Source: a virus. From it: a stretch of 64,000 nt of DNA. A program made the translations under genes and the position numbers. Position 1 is the stretch's first letter. Every line of letters begins with the position of its first letter. Positions 39,172-44,806 of the stretch are shown here, piece by piece. Under the pieces are notes generated by a model. The model ran no database searches. It was not told where the DNA came from and worked only from the letters and a program-made list of their open reading frames with translations. The stretch is from IMG/VR virus record IMGVR_UViG_3300040801_002121; one strand, 5' to 3'.

Positions 39172-39738
39172 CCCTCTTCTCGACGCGATCGAGAGCTTAT
39201 TGAGAGGACTTCCGGCCAAGCGACGGTTTGGTTTGAGCGCCTGACGGGGCCAGTGAAGTAAACGGGGTCCTCACAGTAAGCTCTTGGAGCTACGAGATTC
39301 CCGCCTGAGGGAGATACGCACGGGCAACCGTGTTGAAAGAGGGTATGGCCACATAACCTCGCCAGTTTACGGATTGGTCAATTCAGGCAAGCGCAGCTTG
39401 ACCCGCGAGGGTCGTTCTATCCGCTGATCTCCTTCCAGAGGTCATGATAGGATAAGCTGGAAATCAGATGCAGGTCCCGAAGGGGATATGAATTGGGTAA
39501 CTCCGGATTCAGAAAGGGAGGCTTGGCGGCCTCCGCCTCATGCCAATCTGGTTGACAGGGGAAGCTAACGTGTAGGGCTCAGGTTCGAGGCTTAGCGGCC
39601 AAGGGCGGTGTCCAGTAGGAAGGGCGAAAGTCCTGACCGACCGTTCTATTAGCCTTAGCGGGTGAACGAATATGAGGTGTCTGACATTCCGTCGGTGGAA
39701 ACACTTATGGACTCAGGTGGCAGCACATCTCAGTGGCT

Positions 39739-39812
39739 TGCAATCTAGCATAATTGGTTAATGCAACTGACTCTTAATCAGTAGATTATTGGTTCAATCC
39801 CAATGATTTGTA
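39739..39812 (+). other. nested tRNA-Lys(CUU)-shaped module, AT-rich, defective acceptor stem, no CCA
   Basis: D arm GCAT/ATGC; anticodon arm ACTGA-CTCTTAA-TCAGT; T arm ATTGG-TTCAATC-CCAAT. Acceptor TGCAATC vs GATTTGT pairs at only 4 of 7 positions. 24/74 G+C. Confidence 0.55.
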
Positions 39813-40184
39813 AACGCAAAGATTGCCACGGCAGTGCGCCGAAAACGCCTAATGCTACCGGGGAAACCTAATGTAGCGCAAGCTGACCTCGCAAGGGAAA
39901 GCCTGTTTAGTGCAAGACGATTCGTTGGGGCTTAGCGGCTCCTTAATGGCGGGAAACCGTCAGCGGGAAGGAAAGCGCTGAAAAACGCACTGTGTCGCCG
40001 CAAACGCCAGCGGCCCCGTGAGAACCGGGAAAATTGGCGGCGTTGGTCGTAAACATGGGTAGCCGGTTTCCGGTCCTGTGTGGATAAGTCGGCAAGGTGG
40101 CCCGCAAGGTCATCGTAATCCGACGAATGGACGATCTGGCAAGGGCCTAATCTCAGCCCGCGCTACCACTGTTCAAGGTGGCTT

Positions 40185-40285
40185 ACAGGAACCATGGGGC
40201 GCATTAGGCCGATGCGTTTCCTTGGTGGAAGCCGGGCTTGCCATAGCCCGGTGGGAAGTTCGATCCCTCCGTCCATGGTTCCTGT
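40185..40285 (+). other. nested tRNA-like four-hairpin junction closed by a 13-bp helix
   Basis: ACAGGAACCATGG (40185-40197) pairs with CCATGGTTCCTGT (40273-40285). Inside are CGCAT/ATGCG, TTTC/GAAG, CGGGC/GCCCG hairpins and the T-arm look-alike GGAAG-TTCGATC-CCTCC. Confidence 0.55.
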
Positions 40286-40624
40286 AAATCACCCGTAACG
40301 CGGCCCCTCTTGCAGCAAAGCTGTTGGGCCTCACTAACCCGGCTCCGGACAGGCGAGAGAAGTAGTGACCTCCCGGCGACACGGTAAGCTTCGAGGTGCC
40401 ACGTTACAAGTGATGGTGCCCAAGGTCGGCGCAGCGGGGAGGTTTAGCTAACTTCCTTCACGTGCCCGCAGGCAAATACCGGTCCTAGTTGCTCGATCAC
40501 GCAGGCCGGATAATCTCCAGAGGCAGAAGCATCGAGCCGTCCATCTGGGGAATATGGGAAGCGCTGCAACTTGCTGCGTCGTCCTTGGCTACCAACTTAT
40601 TTTTGCCCTCAAGTCTTTTTTCTA

Positions 40625-40653
40625 TTGACAAGCCGACGCAGTTCGGTTATCAT
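40625..40653 (+). promoter_or_regulatory. promoter, first tRNA transcription unit
   Basis: TTGACA (40625-40630), 17 nt, TATCAT (40648-40653). Followed by the conserved TCAAGACGCGG..CCCGCAAA leader. Confidence 0.7.
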
Positions 40654-40705
40654 CAATGCCTCAAGACGCGGGATCGCCCGCAAAACACAGGATAACGAGT
40701 TTCAA

Positions 40706-40798
40706 ATGTTCAACGCATTCGCCATGAATAATATCGCACCGGTGGCCATTATGGTCCCAGCGATGGCGCGTGCGCTCGATGGAGGAACTACGTTCTAG
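40706..40798 (+). CDS. possible 30-aa peptide (MFNAFAMNNIAPVAIMVPAMARALDGGTTF)
   Basis: Short ORF between the conserved leader and a terminator. Weak RBS; may be non-coding. Confidence 0.3.
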   Translation: MFNAFAMNNIAPVAIMVPAMARALDGGTTF

Positions 40799-40828
40799 GC
40801 CGAACGTCCTCCAAAGCACAAGTTTACC

Positions 40829-40856
40829 AAGGCCTCCATTCGGGGGCCTTTTTCGT
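40829..40856 (+). terminator. hairpin + T-run
   Basis: AAGGCCTCC-ATTC-GGGGGCCTT then TTT. Confidence 0.55.
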
Positions 40857-40858
40857 TT

Positions 40859-40935
40859 CTGGGGTTAGCTCAGTCGGTAGAGCGCCCGGTTTGGGACCGG
40901 GAGGATCGGAGGTTCGAGCCCTCCACTCCAGACCA
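40859..40935 (+). tRNA. tRNA-Pro(TGG)
   Basis: Acceptor CTGGGGT/ACTCCAG (C1:G72); anticodon arm CCCGG-TTTGGGA-CCGGG; T arm GGAGG-TTCGAGC-CCTCC; A73; encoded CCA. Confidence 0.85.
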
Positions 40936-40942
40936 GTTTTAT

Positions 40943-41021
40943 CAGGCGGTGGAGAAGTCTGGCCGTTCTCGCCTCCCTCGGACGGAGGAGCCCGTAGGTT
41001 CAAATCCTACTCGCCTGACCA
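40943..41021 (+). tRNA. tRNA-Pro(CGG)
   Basis: Acceptor CAGGCGG/TCGCCTG; D stem GAGA/TCTC with an 11-nt loop; anticodon arm CCTCC-CTCGGAC-GGAGG; T arm GTAGG-TTCAAAT-CCTAC; CCA. Confidence 0.8.
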
Positions 41022-41022
41022 T

Positions 41023-41092
41023 AGCAGTGAAGTAGTTTGACCGGGGGCTCATAACCCTTAGGTTGGTGGCGCACCTCCACCCACTGCTACCA
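41023..41092 (+). tRNA. aberrant tRNA(CAT)-like, reduced D arm and non-canonical T loop
   Basis: Acceptor AGCAGTG/CACTGCT is perfect. Anticodon arm GGGGG-CTCATAA-CCCTT. T arm GGTGG-CGCACCT-CCACC (no TTC). Only 11 nt where the D arm should be. Encoded CCA. Confidence 0.5.
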
Positions 41093-41139
41093 GTTTCGTC
41101 CCCGGTTTCCGTCAAATCGGAAGGGACAAAGAAGTTCAT

Positions 41140-41215
41140 AGGCGATTAGCTCAGCGGTAGAGCGGGGTCTTTACACGTCCCGTCAGCGGCGGTTCGATCC
41201 CGTCATCGCCTACCA
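41140..41215 (+). tRNA. tRNA-Val(TAC)
   Basis: Acceptor AGGCGAT/ATCGCCT; anticodon loop TTTACAC; T arm GGCGG-TTCGATC-CCGTC; CCA. Confidence 0.85.
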
Positions 41216-41224
41216 AAGTTAAAT

Positions 41225-41301
41225 CCACGAGTAGTTCAGTCTGGTAGAACGTCCGCCTGATTAGCGGTATGTCGTAGGTTCAAATCCTACCTCGTGGTCC
41301 A
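41225..41301 (+). tRNA. tRNA-Ile(GAT)
   Basis: Acceptor CCACGAG/CTCGTGG; anticodon loop CTGATTA; T arm GTAGG-TTCAAAT-CCTAC; CCA. Confidence 0.85.
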
Positions 41302-41451
41302 GATAAGATAGAAGGCTGGAATAATGCCTGAAACGCGAGGGTTAGTCTCCTCGTAAGAGCGAGAACAATAGACCGAACCTGCGCTGGCGGATGAGTTGAC
41401 GACTCGCAATCCCAGTTAGCTTAGTAGGTTGAGTTCTCGCTAAAAGTTCAA

Positions 41452-41527
41452 GGGGCTGTAGCTCAGATGGGAGAGCGCCGGGCTTGCACCTCGGAGGCCG
41501 TCGGTTCGATCCCGACCAGTTCCACCA
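41452..41527 (+). tRNA. tRNA-Ala(TGC)
   Basis: Acceptor GGGGCTG/CAGTTCC with G3:U70; anticodon loop CTTGCAC; T arm GTCGG-TTCGATC-CCGAC; CCA. Confidence 0.9.
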
Positions 41528-41532
41528 GTTCG

Positions 41533-41561
41533 TTGACAAGGCTCGTCAACACGTGTATACT
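41533..41561 (+). promoter_or_regulatory. consensus-like promoter abutting tRNA-Asn
   Basis: TTGACA, 17 nt, TATACT. The predicted start falls at or inside the tRNA-Asn 5' end (41564), so its role is unclear. Confidence 0.4.
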
Positions 41562-41563
41562 AT

Positions 41564-41639
41564 TGGGTAGTGGCAGAGTGGTAATGTGCCCGACTGTTAA
41601 TCGGTGACCTCGCTGGTTCGATCCCAGCCTACCCAGCCA
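41564..41639 (+). tRNA. tRNA-Asn(GTT)
   Basis: Acceptor TGGGTAG/CTACCCA; anticodon loop CTGTTAA; T arm GCTGG-TTCGATC-CCAGC; G73; CCA. Confidence 0.85.
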
Positions 41640-41655
41640 GTATATAGGAGTTTCC

Positions 41656-41967
41656 ATGGGCCAACAACGTCTGAAATTGTCATATCGTCGTGGCGGTCTT
41701 CGAACCGATCACGAGACGCCGCCGCCGAAGCCTGATAATTCATGGCATGGCGTTCGTCAGTTCTGGACGCGGGCTTACGATGGGCTCTATTCGAACGATT
41801 ACGATCGTGGAGTGACAGACGCTCAGGCTGATCTCGACGAAGAGGTCACGACGCGCAGAGAAGCCTTGCTCTCCACGTCCAGTGCGAATAAGGACAAGGC
41901 ATGGGAAGCTTACCGCGACGGGTTCGAGGATACGCTTCGCAAGAACGACGGAACAACGCTTCGTTAG
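41656..41967 (+). CDS. hypothetical protein inside the tRNA island
   Basis: TAGGAG RBS 6 nt upstream of the ATG; 103 aa. Stop overlaps the 5' end of tRNA-Val(GAC) by 10 nt. Confidence 0.55.
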   Translation: MGQQRLKLSYRRGGLRTDHETPPPKPDNSWHGVRQFWTRAYDGLYSNDYDRGVTDAQADLDEEVTTRREALLSTSSANKDKAWEAYRDGFEDTLRKNDGTTLR

Positions 41968-42033
41968 CTCAGTGGTAGTAGCGCTCCCTTGACATGGGAG
42001 AGGCCGGATGTTCGAACCATCCACGAAGCACCA
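41958..42033 (+). tRNA. tRNA-Val(GAC)
   Basis: Acceptor GCTTCGT/ACGAAGC; anticodon arm CTCCC-TTGACAT-GGGAG; T arm GGATG-TTCGAAC-CATCC; CCA. Confidence 0.85.
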
Positions 42034-42223
42034 ATCCCTCAGACTGGGGGTAGACGAGCCGACCATGGCAGCGGACTTCGCGAGCCGTCCCCATGTTGGG
42101 TTGTCGTCGAAACGGAAGCGGCGCAGGCCACGGAACGCCTTTACACCGGTGAGGGCATGATCGATCGCCGTGAGAGCTTGCGCCGCTTCTACGATAAAAA
42201 TTACGGTGATAGGAAATTAGTGG

Positions 42224-42252
42224 TTGACATTCGTAACCGAATCACTTATCAT
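42224..42252 (+). promoter_or_regulatory. promoter, second copy of the promoter-leader module
   Basis: TTGACA (42224-42229), 17 nt, TATCAT (42247-42252), then TCAAGACGCGGAATATCCCGCAAAC. Confidence 0.7.
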
Positions 42253-42407
42253 CATTGGCATCAAGACGCGGAATATCCCGCAAACAGTTTAAGGAATTGG
42301 AAAACGCTATGACCTTTGGACGCACCAAACGAGATCGCCGGGAAGGCGATGAACGAGGTTTTACCTCGTAACCGGTGGTGCGTGCCTTGCTACTGGTTTG
42401 ATTTGTT

Positions 42408-42483
42408 GGATCAGTAGCTCAGTAGGCAGAGCGACGGGCTCTTAACCCGTAGGTCGTGGGATCGTTTCCCACCTGATCCTCCA
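42408..42483 (+). tRNA. tRNA-Lys(CTT), T loop ATCGTTT (A54/U58 swap)
   Basis: Acceptor GGATCAG/CTGATCC; anticodon arm ACGGG-CTCTTAA-CCCGT; T arm GTGGG-ATCGTTT-CCCAC; CCA. Confidence 0.8.
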
Positions 42484-42502
42484 AGTCAAATCAGAAGTTT
42501 TG

Positions 42503-42536
42503 AACGCTCCATCGGATAGCCCGGTGGGGCGTTTTT
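42503..42536 (+). terminator. hairpin + TTTTT
   Basis: AACGCTCCATC..GGTGGGGCGTT, then TTTTCG. Confidence 0.55.
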
Positions 42537-42554
42537 CGTGTTCCCGGTTCGTGT

Positions 42555-42631
42555 GGACCGGTAGCTCAGTAGGTAGAGCGGCGGGCTTTTAATCCGCGTC
42601 GTCGTGAGTTCGAACCTCACCCGGTCTGCCA
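42555..42631 (+). tRNA. tRNA-Lys(TTT)
   Basis: Acceptor GGACCGG/CCGGTCT; anticodon arm GCGGG-CTTTTAA-TCCGC; T arm GTGAG-TTCGAAC-CTCAC; CCA. Confidence 0.85.
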
Positions 42632-42646
42632 AAAATTAGACAGGAA

Positions 42647-42721
42647 GCGGGCGTAGCTCAGTGGTAGAGCGCTGCGTTGCCAACGCCGAGGTCGCGGGAT
42701 CGTAACCCGCCGCCCGCTCCA
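42647..42721 (+). tRNA. tRNA-Gly(GCC), T loop ATCGTAA (A54/U58 swap)
   Basis: Acceptor GCGGGCG/CGCCCGC; anticodon loop TTGCCAA; T arm GCGGG-ATCGTAA-CCCGC; U73; CCA. Confidence 0.8.
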
Positions 42722-42743
42722 GTCGCCAGTGATGAATGATGAT

Positions 42744-42820
42744 GCGGGTGTAGCTTAATGGCGAGAGCGGCTGGTTTCCACCCAGTCTAGGTGTCGGTTC
42801 GAGTCCGTCCACCCGCTCCA
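42744..42820 (+). tRNA. tRNA-Gly(TCC)
   Basis: Acceptor GCGGGTG/CACCCGC; anticodon arm GCTGG-TTTCCAC-CCAGT; T loop TTCGAGT; CCA. Confidence 0.85.
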
Positions 42821-42833
42821 TCATTTATTACAA

Positions 42834-42909
42834 GGAAGCGTAGCTCAGTTGGTAGAGTAGGGGATTGTCTATCCCAAGGTCGCGGGTTCGAACCCCGTCG
42901 TTTCCGCCA
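42834..42909 (+). tRNA. tRNA-Asp(GTC)
   Basis: Acceptor GGAAGCG/CGTTTCC; anticodon loop TTGTCTA; T arm GCGGG-TTCGAAC-CCCGT; G73; CCA. Confidence 0.85.
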
Positions 42910-42912
42910 GTT

Positions 42913-43053
42913 TGTAGTGTAGTTTAAGCTCCATAGGAGAGTGCGGGATCACGACCTGCCTCAAACAGGAGCACCGGCCTTCGTGAAGCCGGGGTATTAA
43001 AACAGCCACCACGTCAGGTGGAAAATGCAGGTGAAAGGCCTGTCACTACGCCA
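42913..43053 (+). other. oversized (~140 nt) tRNA-shaped RNA of unknown identity
   Basis: Ends pair like an acceptor stem (TGTAGTG / CACTACG) followed by CCA. Internal hairpins: GCGGG-ATCACGA-CCTGC, CCGGC-CTTCGTGAA-GCCGG, CCACC-ACGTCA-GGTGG, GCAGG-TGAAAGG-CCTGT. Confidence 0.4.
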
Positions 43054-43060
43054 GTTTACC

Positions 43061-43137
43061 GCCCCGTTGGTCTAGCGGTTCAGGACGCCCGGTTCTCAGC
43101 CGGGAGGACGCGAGTTCGAACCTCGCACGGGGCACCA
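43061..43137 (+). tRNA. tRNA-Glu(CTC)
   Basis: Acceptor GCCCCGT/ACGGGGC; anticodon arm CCCGG-TTCTCAG-CCGGG; T arm GCGAG-TTCGAAC-CTCGC; CCA. Confidence 0.88.
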
Positions 43138-43156
43138 GTTTGTTTGTTAAGTTCAC

Positions 43157-43234
43157 GTGGCGGTCCTATAACCGGTCTAATAGCTCTGACTTTCAATCAG
43201 AGGAATGCGGGTTCGAATCCCGTTCGCCACACCA
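43157..43234 (+). tRNA. tRNA-Glu(TTC)
   Basis: Acceptor GTGGCGG/TCGCCAC; D stem CTAT/ATAG; anticodon arm TCTGA-CTTTCAA-TCAGA; T arm GCGGG-TTCGAAT-CCCGT; CCA. Confidence 0.85.
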
Positions 43235-43253
43235 AGTTGATTCAAAAGTTAAT

Positions 43254-43330
43254 GCCCTTGTAGCTCAGTGGATTAGAGCAGTTGGCTACGAACCATCAGG
43301 TCGGGAGTTCGAATCTCTCCAAGGGCTCCA
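43254..43330 (+). tRNA. tRNA-Arg(ACG)
   Basis: Acceptor GCCCTTG/CAAGGGC; anticodon loop CTACGAA; T arm GGGAG-TTCGAAT-CTCTC; CCA. Confidence 0.85.
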
Positions 43331-43342
43331 GTTAATGTGTTA

Positions 43343-43418
43343 GGTGATGTAGCTCAGTTGGTAGAGCGGGAGCCTGAAAAGCTTCGCGTCGGAGGTTCAA
43401 GTCCTTCCTTCACCACCA
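43343..43418 (+). tRNA. tRNA-Phe(GAA)
   Basis: Acceptor GGTGATG/CTTCACC (one mismatch); anticodon arm GGAGC-CTGAAAA-GCTTC; T arm GGAGG-TTCAAGT-CCTTC; CCA. Confidence 0.85.
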
Positions 43419-43423
43419 TGTAT

Positions 43424-43495
43424 GCGCTCGCCGTGGATCGGGCTCTGGGCCTTCTAAGCCCACAGGCGAGCGTTCGATTCGCTCCGAGCGCTCCA
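43424..43495 (+). tRNA. tRNA-Arg(TCT) with shortened D arm
   Basis: Acceptor GCGCTCG/CGAGCGC; anticodon arm TGGGC-CTTCTAA-GCCCA; T arm GAGCG-TTCGATT-CGCTC; CCA. Only 15 nt between the acceptor and anticodon stems. Confidence 0.6.
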
Positions 43496-43504
43496 TATTA
43501 AAAC

Positions 43505-43533
43505 TTGACTATTCCGCAATTCTTAGTTACCAT
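43505..43533 (+). promoter_or_regulatory. promoter (spacer carries CCGCAATTCTT)
   Basis: TTGACT (43505-43510), 17 nt, TACCAT (43528-43533). Confidence 0.55.
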
Positions 43534-43559
43534 TCGGTCACTCAAGACAGGATTTTGAC

Positions 43560-43745
43560 GTGGCCAATTATGGACGTGTTGTTCACGCGGGACGTAGTGT
43601 ATGGCTTCCACCTGAACTCGTGCGAGAGATCAGGCAAGGCGGGCTGACCAACGAGCAGATTCAAACGCTCCTTGCACTGGCCGACGAACTGGATTCTGTT
43701 GATCTAATATCCACGTTTGAAACCGCCTTAAAGGATAGTGCCTAA
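43560..43745 (+). CDS. hypothetical protein
   Basis: GTG start; 61 aa; stop coupled to the next gene. Confidence 0.5.
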   Translation: MANYGRVVHAGRSVWLPPELVREIRQGGLTNEQIQTLLALADELDSVDLISTFETALKDSA

Positions 43746-44254
43746 TGTCGCTCGTTAATCAAGTCCAACTCCTAGCTCAACGTATCGCCGCTGAATGCAC
43801 CGACATTCGGACTCAGATCACCGACACCACCGGTGATTTGGCGGCACTGACCACAACAGACAAGACAAACCTTGTTGGTGCGGTCAATGAACTCAAGACA
43901 CTGATCGATCAGATCGATGCGACCGATATTATTGATGACACGACAGTCGGCACTGATACGACTTTTTCTTCGCAGAAGATCACCGATGACATCAATGTCG
44001 CGATCGCCGGTCTTGTCGATGGTGCGCCGGGTGCTCTCGATACGCTGAACGAACTCGCTGCGGCGCTGGGCGACAACGAGAGCGCCATTGCAACGATCAC
44101 CAATGGTTTGGCCAATCGTCTGCGTATTGATGCGCTCCAGACGCTTACCGCCCAACAGCAAGAATTTGGTCGCACCAATCTCGATGTCTATTCGAAAGCA
44201 GAAATCGGCGACATCGATACTGATTTTGTCGCGGTGTTCGAATCGGGCCTGTAA
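43745..44254 (+). CDS. tail-fibre-repeat (Phage_fiber_2-like) protein
   Basis: LVDGAPGALDTLNELAAALGDNESAI motif, typical of phage tail-fibre repeats; coiled N-terminus. Confidence 0.5.
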   Translation: MSLVNQVQLLAQRIAAECTDIRTQITDTTGDLAALTTTDKTNLVGAVNELKTLIDQIDATDIIDDTTVGTDTTFSSQKITDDINVAIAGLVDGAPGALDTLNELAAALGDNESAIATITNGLANRLRIDALQTLTAQQQEFGRTNLDVYSKAEIGDIDTDFVAVFESGL

Positions 44255-44539
44255 GTGCTCGCCGATCGGATTTCTTCCCTAGCGGAAGCTGTCCGGGCTC
44301 GCTTTGATGCCCTGACGATCGAAGACACGATTCGTATCGTGTCTTCGTTCTCCGAACTAGACGACGAAGAAGTTGGCGATTTGCTGATCTTCTCTTTGGG
44401 AGAAGGTCGCGAGCGTTATGGCCTCTACCAACGACAACCCGATGGACAGTATGTCCGTCTCAGCACGACTGGGCGTTCCTACCGAGTCGGCGCACAAACA
44501 CGTGATGAGCCGTGGTGGCGTTGGTGGATTTGGTGGTAA
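44255..44539 (+). CDS. hypothetical protein
   Basis: GTG start right after the previous stop; 94 aa. Confidence 0.5.
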   Translation: MLADRISSLAEAVRARFDALTIEDTIRIVSSFSELDDEEVGDLLIFSLGEGRERYGLYQRQPDGQYVRLSTTGRSYRVGAQTRDEPWWRWWIWW

Positions 44540-44569
44540 ACAAAAATTGCCCTTAGGCCAAAATAATCC

Positions 44570-44598
44570 TTGACTTCCGAATCGTTTCTGCTTATACT
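44570..44598 (+). promoter_or_regulatory. promoter
   Basis: A/T-rich upstream region, TTGACT (44570-44575), 17 nt, TATACT (44593-44598). Confidence 0.7.
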
Positions 44599-44690
44599 CC
44601 GCCGCATGAAGACACAGACCCACACCTTACAGCCGCTTACGCAGGCTTTGCTATGCCAACATTGGTATAGCACGAGTTCATCCCTCTAAG

Positions 44691-44720
44691 GGAGTGGTTC
44701 TGACGCGCCACTCCTTTGTT
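44691..44720 (+). terminator. hairpin + T-rich tail
   Basis: GGAGTGG-ttctgacgcg-CCACTCC, then TTTGTT. Confidence 0.5.
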
Positions 44721-44722
44721 AA

Positions 44723-44806
44723 GGAGGGTGGCGCACAGGGTGCAAACGGGTCTCGAAAACCCGGCTATCCGAGAGGTTAAGGGTTCGATTCCTTCACCCT
44801 CCGCCA
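44723..44806 (+). tRNA. tRNA-Ser(CGA)
   Basis: Acceptor GGAGGGT/ACCCTCC; anticodon arm CGGGT-CTCGAAA-ACCCG; long variable arm; T loop TTCGATT; G73; CCA. Confidence 0.8.

Larger units (their letters stand above)
39178..40620 (+). ncRNA. large (~1.4 kb) structured non-coding RNA of unknown class (GOLLD/ROOL-like candidate); 3' end uncertain
   Basis: No credible ORF in any frame. Own promoter, with a terminator upstream. Contains GAAA-tetraloop hairpins, a 13-bp long-range helix, the repeated GSCTTAGCGG motif and nested tRNA-shaped modules. Confidence 0.6.

Noticed and set aside
39010-39261. 83-aa ORF 39010..39261 (+).
   Set aside because: It runs straight through an intrinsic terminator (39064-39099) and a promoter (39143-39171). 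No RBS.
39617-39640. RNase P RNA, suggested by GGAAGGGCGAAAGTCC resembling the GAGGAAAGTCC P4 strand.
   Set aside because: The other universally conserved RNase P blocks are absent from the 39-40.6 kb region. These are the GGGTGAAA..GGTAAGAGCGCACC block and the ACAGAA..CGGCTTA strand.
40078-40382. 69-aa ORFs 40078..40287 (+) and 40173..40382 (-) inside the large ncRNA region.
   Set aside because: They overlap each other on opposite strands, lack an RBS and cover the 13-bp helix and tRNA-like junction.
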